Below are positions 1 to 8,955 of a DNA stretch of 64,000 bases, in pieces (position 1 is the stretch's first letter; each line of letters starts with the position of its first letter). The stretch covers positions 11,588-75,587 of the forward strand of contig JBMOMD010000033.1 of the NCBI GenBank assembly GCA_049325295.1, in the 5' to 3' direction. The translations under genes and the position numbers were made by a program. Source of the DNA: Nitrospirota bacterium. GTDB lineage: Bacteria; Nitrospirota; Nitrospiria; 2-01-FULL-66-17. The notes under the pieces were generated by a model, which made no database searches, had not been told where the DNA came from, and saw only the letters and a program-made list of their open reading frames with translations.

Positions 1-10
1 CATCAAGAAA

Positions 11-496
11 ATGGTATTCCCATCCGAGATCCTGCCGATCGTGAAAGTAGCGGCTGCGGTCGTCACTCATCTGATCGGGTTGGCGCTTCTACTCTGCCTA
101 TTGGGGGTTGTCGGGGATGGGATCTCGTGGCGGGTTGCGCTGATCGTGCCGTATCTGATCACTATCGTGTTCTTCGCATTGGGGATCTCGTGGGCGCTGT
201 CTGCGGTGAATGTCTTCGTGCGTGATATCGGGCAGGTGATTGGTGTCTTCGTCAACATTTGGTTCTTCTTGACGCCGATCGTTTATAGCCAAACGCTTGT
301 TCCGAATCCGCTGCAAGGTTTGTATGCTCTCAATCCGATGATATACGCCGTGGACGGATACCGATCCGCCATCCTGGGGACGGGAGCCGTTGACGTCAAT
401 GGGGTTGCCTATCTGGGGCTGCTGGGGCTGGCTGCATTCGCAATCGGGGGAGTGGTCTTCAAGAGGCTAAAGCCACAGTTTGTGGACGTTCTATAA
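11..496 (+). CDS. ABC-2 type polysaccharide exporter permease (Wzm/TagG-like), 5'-truncated at window edge
   Basis: Hydrophobic multi-TM translation; C-terminal 'LNPMIYAVDGYRSAILG' ABC-2 permease signature; immediately upstream of a Wzt-like ATPase. Confidence 0.75.
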   Translation: MVFPSEILPIVKVAAAVVTHLIGLALLLCLLGVVGDGISWRVALIVPYLITIVFFALGISWALSAVNVFVRDIGQVIGVFVNIWFFLTPIVYSQTLVPNPLQGLYALNPMIYAVDGYRSAILGTGAVDVNGVAYLGLLGLAAFAIGGVVFKRLKPQFVDVL

Positions 497-501
497 CGGG
501 T

Positions 502-1722
502 ATGCCTAAAGCGCTGGACGTTCAAGATCTCAGAAAGGTCTATCGGCTCTATCGTTCGCCGAAAGATCGCCTGCTGGAGCTTATCAGCCTGAAAGGTGGT
601 GGCCATCACAGGGAGTTTCCCGCCCTCGACGGGGCGTCATTCACTCTCGATCGAGGCGAAACCCTCGGAGTCATCGGACGAAATGGAAGCGGGAAGAGCA
701 CGTTGTTGAAGATTTTATGCGGCGTCACCCGCCCGACAAGTGGGACGGTTGAGGTGAGCGGACGGGTGGCTTCGTTGCTTGAATTGGGCGCCGGGTTTCA
801 CCCTGAATTCAGTGGGCGCGACAATGTGTATATGAATGGCTCGCTGATGGGGTTCAATAAGTCCGCGATGGACCGCCGACTCCCTGAAATCGAAGCGTTT
901 GCCGAGATCGGAGAGTTTATCGACCAACCGGTGAAGCGGTACTCCAGTGGCATGTTCGTTCGCCTGGCGTTCTCCGCCGCCATTAGCGTGGAGCCGGACA
1001 TTCTGATCATCGACGAGGCTTTGGGTGTTGGAGACCTCGGATTTCAGTTGAAATGCATTGAGAAACTCAAGGCGTTTCAACGGGAGGGACGCACGATCAT
1101 TTTGGTGACGCACCAGTTCCAAGCGTTGCGGAACTTCTGCACGCGCGTCCTTTGGTTGGATCAAGGAAAGATTCGGGGCGACGGTGATGTGATTACGGTG
1201 ACCGACGCATACCGAGATTTCATGAGTTGGGGCCAAGGTGCGGGGCAAGAAGCCGCGACGGAGGACGAGGACTCCGGAGGCTCCGTCTTGTCGATAAGTA
1301 GCGTGGATATCTTGGATAGGAACGTTCGCAAGGCAGAGGCGATCGAGTTCGGCGCTCCATTCTCGGTTGCGGTTTCCTATCGGCTGCATAAGCCATATGA
1401 GGGCCTCGTTGGGGGTGTGGCTATCGTGGGTAGAGAGGGAGTTACGGTCTGCGGCCTCACAACGAAGCGTGATGGTATTTCGCTCCCATCGGTGGCGGGG
1501 TCTTATACGCTGAACGTTTCCTTTCCTGAGCCCAAATTGCTTCCAGGAGCGTATCGAATCCGAGTCGTATTTCTCGAAAGTTCCGGGGTTGGTCGCATCG
1601 CCGTACAATACGATGCTGCTTCATTCACGGTGCGATCAACGGGGTACAAAGCGGAGGGTTTGTATTTACTTGCGCATCATTGGACCGTGAATGCTCTCTC
1701 CGACGCTGACGTGAAGAGGTGA
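502..1722 (+). CDS. ABC transporter ATP-binding protein, Wzt/TagH-like, with C-terminal ~150-aa extension (putative glycan-cap binding domain)
   Basis: Walker A 'GRNGSGKST', ABC signature 'YSSGMFVRLAFS', Walker B 'ILIIDEAL'; 406 aa versus ~250 for a bare NBD. Confidence 0.85.
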   Translation: MPKALDVQDLRKVYRLYRSPKDRLLELISLKGGGHHREFPALDGASFTLDRGETLGVIGRNGSGKSTLLKILCGVTRPTSGTVEVSGRVASLLELGAGFHPEFSGRDNVYMNGSLMGFNKSAMDRRLPEIEAFAEIGEFIDQPVKRYSSGMFVRLAFSAAISVEPDILIIDEALGVGDLGFQLKCIEKLKAFQREGRTIILVTHQFQALRNFCTRVLWLDQGKIRGDGDVITVTDAYRDFMSWGQGAGQEAATEDEDSGGSVLSISSVDILDRNVRKAEAIEFGAPFSVAVSYRLHKPYEGLVGGVAIVGREGVTVCGLTTKRDGISLPSVAGSYTLNVSFPEPKLLPGAYRIRVVFLESSGVGRIAVQYDAASFTVRSTGYKAEGLYLLAHHWTVNALSDADVKR

Positions 1723-1798
1723 CATGTCTAGCGGCGTTATTCCAGGGCGATCCGAGCGTGCCCCACGGAGAGCGGGATGATCGGGACTGCGTGGGGTC

Positions 1799-4618
1799 AT
1801 GAGGGGTGTGGTGGACGCTGAGAACTCGCCGCGAGCCGTGTGTATTCTCGGCATGCACCGCAGCGGCACGTCGGTGGTGTCGCGGGCCGTGAATCTGCTC
1901 GGTGCCTACATCGGCGAGGAGCGACAGTTGTTGCCTCCGGCGCCCGACAACCAAGAAGGGGTGTTCGAACGGCGCGATGTAGTCGAGTTCCATGACCGGC
2001 TGCTGTCGCGGCTTTTACGGCAGTGGCATTCGGTCGGGCTGCTGCCGGATGAGTGGGAGGGTCGCCCGGAGATTCGACCGTTCCGGGAGGAGCTCAGGAA
2101 GCTGGTCGTGACGCAGTTCGGGAAACACCCGTTGTGGGCGTGGAAGGATCCTCGGACGACCTTGCTGCTCCCGCTCTGGAAGGATGTGTTGGCCGAGTTG
2201 GGCATCTTGTTGTCCTGCGTGTACGTGGTGCGCAATCCGCTCGACGTCGCGCGGTCGCTCAAGAAACGCGACGGCTTTTCGTTCGAAAAATCGTGGGCCA
2301 TGTGGTTGACGGCGAATCTGTCCGCGCTGGATGCGGTTCACGATGTTCCGACCGTGTTCGTGTCGTACGACCGCCTGTTGAGCGATTGGGAGCCGGAGTT
2401 GCGGCGCTGTGCAACGGCGCTCGGGATTTCGTGGCCTGCCGACGACACGAGCATTCGCGAGGGCCTGCAGGGCTTTCTTCGCCCGGAGCTGCGGCACAGT
2501 GCGTCCCAGGCTGTCGAGTTATCGTCCGAACGCGCCCCTGACGGCGTCATTGAACTGTACCGGCTGCTGTGTGATGCCGCCAACGACGCGAAGCCGTTTT
2601 TGGATCCAGGGGTTCGCGCTGAGGTCGCCCGTGTTCGTCGGGGATTCTGCGATGCAGCGGGATTTTTTCGTCATGACATCGAGCGGCTGCTGGGGGCGGT
2701 GCGCGGACTTGAGCGGCAGGTCGAAAAACTTACCGTCGCGGCGAAGGAGCGAGAGGATGAGTTCAACCGCATCCATTATAAGTTCGCACGGCATCTCCTA
2801 ATAAAGTACCAGCGGGTGCGGGACATTCTGTGTCCCCTCCAATCCCGTCGACGCGCGGCTTACAGTTGGCTGGACATGCAGGCCAGGAAGATTATCGAGC
2901 ACGGCCCAGTGAATCTCCTCTACATGAAGTACTGGCCCTACCGGTTTTGGATCGCCAAGAACGAGCCGAAGGCCGCCCGGTTCCCGGCGATGCGGGCGGA
3001 GGCCAATGCCTGGTCATATCGGCCGCTGGTCAGCCTGGTGACGCCGGTGTTCAATCCCACGCGTTATGCCCTGACACGCTGTCTCGAGTCCGTGGCCAAT
3101 CAGCTCTACGACCGCTGGGAGCTGTGTATCGTCGACGGGAGATCAGATCAGCCGTACGTAAGGGAGATCATCGAGGAGTTCGCGCGCAAGGACCCAAGAT
3201 TCAAATTCGCACGGCTGGAATCGAATCGCGGGATCGCCGGCAACGCGAACGAGGCATTGCGGCTGGCGTCAGGAGAGTTTGTAGGGTTTCTGGACCACGA
3301 CGATACGCTCGCGCCCTTTGCGTTGTACGAAGTCGTGAAGGTGCTCAATCAGGGCGCGCGCGCGGACTTCATCTACTCCGATGAAGACAAGGTGCCGGCC
3401 ACCGGCGCAAGGCGATATGCCCCCGAGTTCAAGTCGGGGTGGGCGCCAGACACGTTCCTGTCCTACAACTACCTGTGCCACTTTGCGGTGGTGAGGAAGC
3501 GGATACTGGATGATCTGGGCGGGTTTCGCGAGGGGTACGACGGAGCGCAGGATTACGATCTGCTGTTGCGCGTCGTCGAGAAGACACAGGCGATTCGGCA
3601 CATTCCCAAGGTACTGTATCACTGGCGGGCCGCAGCCGAGTCGACTGCGGCCGGGGTGAAGCTGAAGCCGTATGCCGTCTCAGCCGCAAAGAAGGCCATC
3701 GGGGAATATTTAACTCGCCGCGGCCTGGACGCGGAGGTCATGGACGGCGACGCGCTGGGAAGTTACCGCGTCAAGTATCGCGTGCGGCCGGGTCAGCGCG
3801 TCAGCATCATCGTGCCCACCAGAGACAAGGTGCATCTGCTGGAACGTTGCGTGTCGTCCATCCTCGCCAAGACGAGTCACGAGGCCCTCACGATCCTGAT
3901 CGTCGACAACGGGAGTCGGGAGCCGGAGACGTTGGCGTACTTTGACCGCATTAAGGATCACGCCAAGGTCCGGGTGGAGCGGTACGACGAGCCCTTCAAT
4001 TTTTCCGCCATCAATAACTTTGCGGTTCGCGGCACGGACTCGGACTATCTGGTTTTTCTGAACAATGACACCGAGGTGATCAGCCCCGAGTGGCTCGACG
4101 CCATGTTGGAGTTCGCGCAGCGCGATGACGTGGGCGCGGTCGGCGCCAAGCTGTACTACCCTGATGACACCATCCAGCACGCCGGGACCATCGTAGGCTA
4201 TTGGGGCGTGGCGGACCACGCGCACAAGCATTATCCCCGGTCGGCCCGCGGGTACATGGGACGGATCAATATCATTCAGAATCTGAGCGCCGTCACGGCC
4301 GCGTGTATGATGATGCGCCGAAAGGTGTTCGACGAAGTGGGCGGGTACGACGAGGCGTTCTCGCATTCGTTCAACGACGTGGATCTCTGCCTGAGAATTC
4401 GGGACAAGGGCTATCTTGTCGTCTATACCCCGTACGCCGAGCTCTATCACCATGAATCCGTGAGTCGGGGCCATGACGAAAAACCGGAGGAGCGAGCGCG
4501 GCTGGACCGGGAGATCGCATTGATGAAGACGCGCTGGAAGCGCGTCTTCGATGCCGGCGATCCGTATTACAGTCCAAATCTCACGCTCGAGAAGACGGAT
4601 TTTAGCTTCAGAATTTAA
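1799..4618 (+). CDS. Tri-domain glycan biosynthesis enzyme: N-terminal sulfotransferase + two GT2 glycosyltransferase domains
   Basis: aa 15-155: 'ILGMHRSGTSV' (5'-PSB) and 'VVRNPLDVARS' (3'-PB) sulfotransferase motifs. Two GT2 cores ('VSLVTPVFNP..FLDHDD' and 'VSIIVPTRDK..IVDNGS..FLNNDT'). Confidence 0.8.
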   Translation: MRGVVDAENSPRAVCILGMHRSGTSVVSRAVNLLGAYIGEERQLLPPAPDNQEGVFERRDVVEFHDRLLSRLLRQWHSVGLLPDEWEGRPEIRPFREELRKLVVTQFGKHPLWAWKDPRTTLLLPLWKDVLAELGILLSCVYVVRNPLDVARSLKKRDGFSFEKSWAMWLTANLSALDAVHDVPTVFVSYDRLLSDWEPELRRCATALGISWPADDTSIREGLQGFLRPELRHSASQAVELSSERAPDGVIELYRLLCDAANDAKPFLDPGVRAEVARVRRGFCDAAGFFRHDIERLLGAVRGLERQVEKLTVAAKEREDEFNRIHYKFARHLLIKYQRVRDILCPLQSRRRAAYSWLDMQARKIIEHGPVNLLYMKYWPYRFWIAKNEPKAARFPAMRAEANAWSYRPLVSLVTPVFNPTRYALTRCLESVANQLYDRWELCIVDGRSDQPYVREIIEEFARKDPRFKFARLESNRGIAGNANEALRLASGEFVGFLDHDDTLAPFALYEVVKVLNQGARADFIYSDEDKVPATGARRYAPEFKSGWAPDTFLSYNYLCHFAVVRKRILDDLGGFREGYDGAQDYDLLLRVVEKTQAIRHIPKVLYHWRAAAESTAAGVKLKPYAVSAAKKAIGEYLTRRGLDAEVMDGDALGSYRVKYRVRPGQRVSIIVPTRDKVHLLERCVSSILAKTSHEALTILIVDNGSREPETLAYFDRIKDHAKVRVERYDEPFNFSAINNFAVRGTDSDYLVFLNNDTEVISPEWLDAMLEFAQRDDVGAVGAKLYYPDDTIQHAGTIVGYWGVADHAHKHYPRSARGYMGRINIIQNLSAVTAACMMMRRKVFDEVGGYDEAFSHSFNDVDLCLRIRDKGYLVVYTPYAELYHHESVSRGHDEKPEERARLDREIALMKTRWKRVFDAGDPYYSPNLTLEKTDFSFRI

Positions 4619-4658
4619 GAGGGTGGCCGTAGCCGAGCAGGCTATTCAGGGCGGGCGC

Positions 4659-5711
4659 GTGTCCGTCGCTCTGGCCACGTACAACGGCGGCTGGTACCTC
4701 GGGAAGCAACTTGAGAGCCTGGCGTCGCAAACGCTCAAGCCTCGCGAGCTGGTGGTCTGCGACGACGGTTCAACCGACGACACGGTCGCGATTCTTAAGG
4801 CATTTGCGTCCCGCGCCGCGTTCCCGGTACGGGTTCACGTCAATGACGTGAATCTCGGTTCCACCAAAAATTTCGAGCAGGCGATCCAGCGTTGCCAAGG
4901 CGATTTCATCGCGTTGTGCGATCAGGACGACGTGTGGCGTCCCCACAAGCTGGAGCGGGTGGTCGCGGCGTTCGGGGCTTCCCCGGATCTTGACGCCGTA
5001 TTCAGCGACGGCGAGGTCGTGGATGAGGACCTGCGGCCGTTGGGCTACGGACTATGGGATGCGGCGGGGTTTGGTGCGGTGCGTCGCCAGCGTATGGCGC
5101 AGGGGCGCGCGCTCGAGGTCTTGCTGAAAAACGACGTGGTCACCGGCGCCACCCTGGTGTTTCGCCGAGCGTTTCGCGACACGATCGTCCCGATTCCAGA
5201 GGTTTGGGTGCACGACGCGTGGATCGCGCTGGTGATCGTGGCGCTCGGAGGAAAACTGGGGGCCATCGACGACCCGCTGATTCTGTATCGCAAGCATCGC
5301 CGGCAACAAGTCGGTGTGGTCTCGCGTTCGGATGACGGCGCGCTGGCGTGGGTCTGGTCGTCGTTGGGAGACGTGCGGCGTGACGTGGACGGCTACGTGG
5401 CGACCGGCGACGAGCTATACGCCTTGTTCGCGGAGCGGTACCAGGCCGCGGGCGAGCGGCTGGCGGCTCTCGGCGACCGCGTGGATCCGCGCGCGGTCGC
5501 GGGATGCCGGGCCAAGGTCGCGCACTTTCGCGCCCGGATCGCGATGACGGCCCATCCCTGGTTGAGGTTTCCATTGGTTCTCGGCGAGTTGGCGCGCCTT
5601 CGCTATTTCCGGTATTCGAGCGGGGCCAAGAGTCTGGCCAGAGATCTGGTCCGCGCGGCCATGTTTTGGACTCCGCCGGGTCATCGGAGTCCTCGGGTGT
5701 CGGTGTGGTGA
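4659..5711 (+). CDS. Family 2 glycosyltransferase (track ORF starts 4551; GTG 4659 likely true start)
   Basis: 'VSVALATYNGGWYL..LVVCDDGSTDDT..ALCDQDDVW' GT2 fold; ORF 4551 overlaps upstream gene so an internal GTG start is favoured. Confidence 0.7.
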   Translation: MSVALATYNGGWYLGKQLESLASQTLKPRELVVCDDGSTDDTVAILKAFASRAAFPVRVHVNDVNLGSTKNFEQAIQRCQGDFIALCDQDDVWRPHKLERVVAAFGASPDLDAVFSDGEVVDEDLRPLGYGLWDAAGFGAVRRQRMAQGRALEVLLKNDVVTGATLVFRRAFRDTIVPIPEVWVHDAWIALVIVALGGKLGAIDDPLILYRKHRRQQVGVVSRSDDGALAWVWSSLGDVRRDVDGYVATGDELYALFAERYQAAGERLAALGDRVDPRAVAGCRAKVAHFRARIAMTAHPWLRFPLVLGELARLRYFRYSSGAKSLARDLVRAAMFWTPPGHRSPRVSVW

Positions 5712-6676
5712 CCCCTCACACGAACATCCCCTTGGTGGTGATCATCGTGCTGAACTGGAACGGGCGCGACGACACCGTGGCGTGCGTCGAGTCGGTCCGC
5801 GGGTTGCGGTATCGCAAGGCCAATGTGTTGATCGTGGACAACGGGTCAACGGATGATTCGGTCGCGACGTTCTCTCGGCGATTTCCGGATATCCGCTGCA
5901 TTCAGACCGGTGAGAATCTTGGGTTCGCCGAGGGCAACAACGTGGGCATGCGCGCGGCATTGGCGGAGGGCGCGGACTACGTGTTCCTGCTGAACAATGA
6001 TGCGACGATCGAACCGGATGCGCTCGATCGGTTGGTCGATGCGGCGGAATCACACCCCGATGTCGGCATCGTCGGGCCCAAAATCTATTACGCGGCTGAG
6101 CCCAAGCGAATCTGGTACGCGGGCGGCACGATTAGTCCGCTGGGACGGCTTGGCCACGAGGGGTGGAACCGGATCGACGACGGGCAATGGGACACGCCGC
6201 GCGAGACCGGGTACGTGACGGGCTGCGCCTTCCTGGTCAAGCGTGCGGTGTTGGAGAAGGCCGGCTTGTTCGCGCCGGAGTACTTTCTGCTGTTTGAAGA
6301 AGCCGACCTCTGCGTGCGCGGGCGGCGCGAGGGTTTTCGGTCTTGGGTGGAGCCTCGGGCAACCGTGTATCACAAGGTCTCGGCGTCATTCGGCGGTTTT
6401 TCGCCGCGGTATTACTACTACTTTCTGCGAAACTACCTGCTCTTTCAGCGCCGTCACGTGATTCCGGTGAAGGGATGGGCGGCGCGGCTCGCCATCGCGT
6501 TCTATGTGGTTCGCGTGTTCGCATATTTGACCCTGACGCCGCATCGCGGCGGCTGGCGGAACCTGGCCGCGGCGTGGGAGGGAGTCGGGGATTACCTGCG
6601 CGGGCGATGGTTCGAGCGCGGCGTACACCGTCGCCTGGGCGAGGACGCAGCATGGCGGGTATCAGCTCGAATATGA
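5705..6676 (+). CDS. Family 2 glycosyltransferase (rhamnosyltransferase-like); start GTG 5705/5708 overlapping upstream stop
   Basis: '[53 protein letters not shown]' GT2 motifs; GTGA overlap with preceding gene. Confidence 0.75.
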   Translation: MVTPHTNIPLVVIIVLNWNGRDDTVACVESVRGLRYRKANVLIVDNGSTDDSVATFSRRFPDIRCIQTGENLGFAEGNNVGMRAALAEGADYVFLLNNDATIEPDALDRLVDAAESHPDVGIVGPKIYYAAEPKRIWYAGGTISPLGRLGHEGWNRIDDGQWDTPRETGYVTGCAFLVKRAVLEKAGLFAPEYFLLFEEADLCVRGRREGFRSWVEPRATVYHKVSASFGGFSPRYYYYFLRNYLLFQRRHVIPVKGWAARLAIAFYVVRVFAYLTLTPHRGGWRNLAAAWEGVGDYLRGRWFERGVHRRLGEDAAWRVSARI

Positions 6677-7236
6677 GAGAAAGGGGAGCCTCAGTGGGAA
6701 AGACAGCGAGTGGTTTTACGATCTGGTTCACCGGCCTGTCCGGCGCGGGCAAGACCACGGTCGCTCATCGATTGGCGGAGATGTTGCAGCAGCGCATGGG
6801 CCGCGAGGTCGAGATCCTGGACGGGGACGTGGTGCGCACGCACCTGAGCAAGGGGCTTGGGTTCAGCCGCGAGGATCGCGACACCAATATCCGGCGCATC
6901 GGCTGGGTCTGCCACGTGTTGACCAAACACGGGGTGCCAAACATCGCGGCCGCGATTTCCCCGTACCGCGGGGTGCGCGATGAGGTGCGCAAGATGGTGG
7001 GGCGGTTCGTGGAGGTCTACGCCGACTGTCCGCTCGATGTGTGCGAGCAGCGCGACGTGAAGGGGCTGTATCGCAAGGCGCGGGCCGGCGAGCTCAAGCA
7101 ATTCACGGGGATCGACGATCCGTACGAAGCGCCGCTTAATCCCGAGGTCACGCTGCACACGGACCGGGAGAGCGTGGAGCAGAGCGCGATGAAGGTCGTT
7201 CGGAAGCTGGAGGAGATGGGCTGGTTGGGGCGGTAG
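6673..7236 (+). CDS. cysC: Adenylyl-sulfate (APS) kinase, stand-alone
   Basis: '[15 protein letters not shown]' P-loop, '[10 protein letters not shown]', 'SPYRGVRDE' typical of CysC; ATG 6673 overlaps upstream TGA (ATGA). Alternative starts 6652 / 6694. Confidence 0.85.
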   Translation: MRERGASVGKTASGFTIWFTGLSGAGKTTVAHRLAEMLQQRMGREVEILDGDVVRTHLSKGLGFSREDRDTNIRRIGWVCHVLTKHGVPNIAAAISPYRGVRDEVRKMVGRFVEVYADCPLDVCEQRDVKGLYRKARAGELKQFTGIDDPYEAPLNPEVTLHTDRESVEQSAMKVVRKLEEMGWLGR

Positions 7237-7383
7237 GGGTCAGGGCGCGTCGTGGGTCGCCGGCTCGGTGAGAAATGGGGCAATTCGCTGGGTGCGCAAT
7301 GGGTTGTTGGTCGTACGGGCCATCCAAACTGCTGGGTTCGCGAAAGGCACCTTTGGTGCGAGCCGTGCGGCAGATGTGGTGTG

Positions 7384-7680
7384 TTACGCGGCGCTGCGGG
7401 ACCAGGTCTGAGCCCTGGTGATGAGTTCCTCCCGGAAACGCGGCCAGTCGTGTAGAGTGGCAGGGTCGAAATCAGCGCCGTTCGGCCACGCTATTGTCCG
7501 GACTTCGTGATCAATGCGGACCTGCTGAAACAGGGACGAATCTCGTAACGGCCCGTAGAGTTCTCCCGCCAGCACCGGTTCAAAGTCGATTACCTGGACA
7601 CTGCGGTCGTCGAACGTGAGTCGCAGGGTATATGCGCCCACGATCTCAACGTGTGTCACACTGTGAATTGGGTGTTCCAT
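7384..7680 (-). CDS. DUF2442-family small protein (putative antitoxin partner of DUF4160)
   Basis: ~98-aa translation from 'MEHPIHSVTHVEIVG..' matches DUF2442 pattern; directly downstream of a DUF4160 gene on the same strand. Confidence 0.65.
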   Translation of the reverse strand: MEHPIHSVTHVEIVGAYTLRLTFDDRSVQVIDFEPVLAGELYGPLRDSSLFQQVRIDHEVRTIAWPNGADFDPATLHDWPRFREELITRAQTWSRSAA

Positions 7681-7691
7681 GTCTCGTCTCC

Positions 7692-7961
7692 TCACGAGAG
7701 CGGTCTGATCGGCACCGCTTTCCGACCATCTTGCAAGAGGCGCCAATCGTTGAGCAACTCGGCCTGGTGAAGTTCTGCCCAGGCTTCGACCAGGCGCTGC
7801 TGGCGTGTCGGGAGCGCCCCCGCAATCTGTGCAACCGGCTCGATACTGTAGATGCCGACCTTGTCCTGATAGTACGCGTGGAAATGGGGAAGGTGATGCG
7901 GTCCACCGATTTCCACGTACATACGAATGATGATCCCAAAAAATCGGCTGATCTCGGGCAT
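7692..7961 (-). CDS. DUF4160-family small protein (putative toxin-like partner)
   Basis: '[31 protein letters not shown]' is the characteristic DUF4160 N-terminus; start trimmed from track ORF 8036 to the conserved Met. Confidence 0.65.
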   Translation of the reverse strand: MPEISRFFGIIIRMYVEIGGPHHLPHFHAYYQDKVGIYSIEPVAQIAGALPTRQQRLVEAWAELHQAELLNDWRLLQDGRKAVPIRPLS

Positions 7962-8046
7962 GAGACCGTACCAGTGGTGGCAGCCTACCAGGAGGAATAG
8001 GACGGTGTCAAACGACGGGCGATCTGGTACGCCCACGCCACTCCGT

Positions 8047-8223
8047 GATTTCCAAGGCCTCTACCGCAAGGCGCGGGCCGGCGAGCTCAAGCAATTCACG
8101 GGGATCGACGATCCCTACGAAGCCCCGCTTGACCCTGAAGTTACACTGCACACGGACCGGGAGAGCGTGGAGCAGAGCGCGTTGAAGGTCGTGCGGAAGC
8201 TGGAAGAGCTGGGGTGGTGCTGA
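8047..8223 (+). pseudogene. Diverged duplicate of the 3' end of cysC (APS kinase C-terminal 57 codons), not a complete gene
   Basis: Encodes '[53 protein letters not shown]', near-identical to cysC residues at 7063-7236 with many synonymous differences. Confidence 0.7.
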
Positions 8224-8355
8224 CGCGTCGCGCATCTGGTTGTGTTCATCGACTCACGGTATGCGATACGAGTAAGAAGAAAATGAACATGGTCATAGTC
8301 GGCGCCTGAATCCGTCGCGTTGACATGGTGTAGCCAATAGGATACACTTCCCTCC

Positions 8356-8646
8356 GTGATGGAAATTCGCAAGACCGACGTGTTCGCCAAATGGCTCGAC
8401 CGGCTGCGCGACATTCGGGCCAGGGCGCGCGTTCAGGCCAGGATCGAGCGGCTGGCGTTTGGAAACGCGGGGGACGTCAAGCCGGTTGGCGAAGGCGTCT
8501 CGGAGCTGCGGATCAACTACGGGCCGGGATACCGGGTGTACTTTACCAAGCGTGGGCGCGACGTGGTAATTCTCCTGGCGGGAGGGGACAAGAGCACTCA
8601 AGCCGGCGATGTCGAACTCGCCTTGCGCCTGGCACGCAACCTATAG
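8356..8646 (+). CDS. Type II toxin, RelE/ParE superfamily (HigB-like addiction-module killer protein)
   Basis: 96 aa; 'FAKWLDRLRD..RARVQARIERL..GDVKPVGEGVSELRINYGPGYRVYF' typical of HigB-like toxins; antitoxin immediately downstream. Confidence 0.8.
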   Translation: MMEIRKTDVFAKWLDRLRDIRARARVQARIERLAFGNAGDVKPVGEGVSELRINYGPGYRVYFTKRGRDVVILLAGGDKSTQAGDVELALRLARNL

Positions 8647-8655
8647 GAGTGTACA

Positions 8656-8955
8656 ATGCGAAAAACTACAACCAGTCGCTACGATGTCGCCGAGCACCTC
8701 CGAACTCCCAAGGAGATGGCCGCCTACTTTGAAGCGTGCCTCGAAGAGGCCAACGGCGACGCGGCGTTTATTGCCAAGGCTCTGGGGGACATTGCCCGTG
8801 CGAGGGGCATGGCACAGGTCGCTCGCGATGCGGGCCTTTCCCGAGAAAGCCTTTACAAGGCGCTCTCCGGTCGACGCAGCCCGGGCTTCGACACGATCCT
8901 CAAGGTCATCGCAGCGCTGGGATTGAAGTTGCACGCGGAAGCGATTCGGAACTAA
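8656..8955 (+). CDS. HigA-family antitoxin (XRE-type HTH addiction-module antidote protein)
   Basis: 99 aa; 'YDVAEHLRTPKEMAAYFEACLEE..AFIAKALGDIARARGMAQVARDAGLSRESLYKALS' matches HigA-type antidote proteins. Confidence 0.8.
   Translation: MRKTTTSRYDVAEHLRTPKEMAAYFEACLEEANGDAAFIAKALGDIARARGMAQVARDAGLSRESLYKALSGRRSPGFDTILKVIAALGLKLHAEAIRN

Noticed and set aside
1799-2300. WbdD-like kinase/methyltransferase chain terminator
   Set aside because: No kinase or SAM-binding motifs. Instead both PAPS-binding motifs of sulfotransferases are present.
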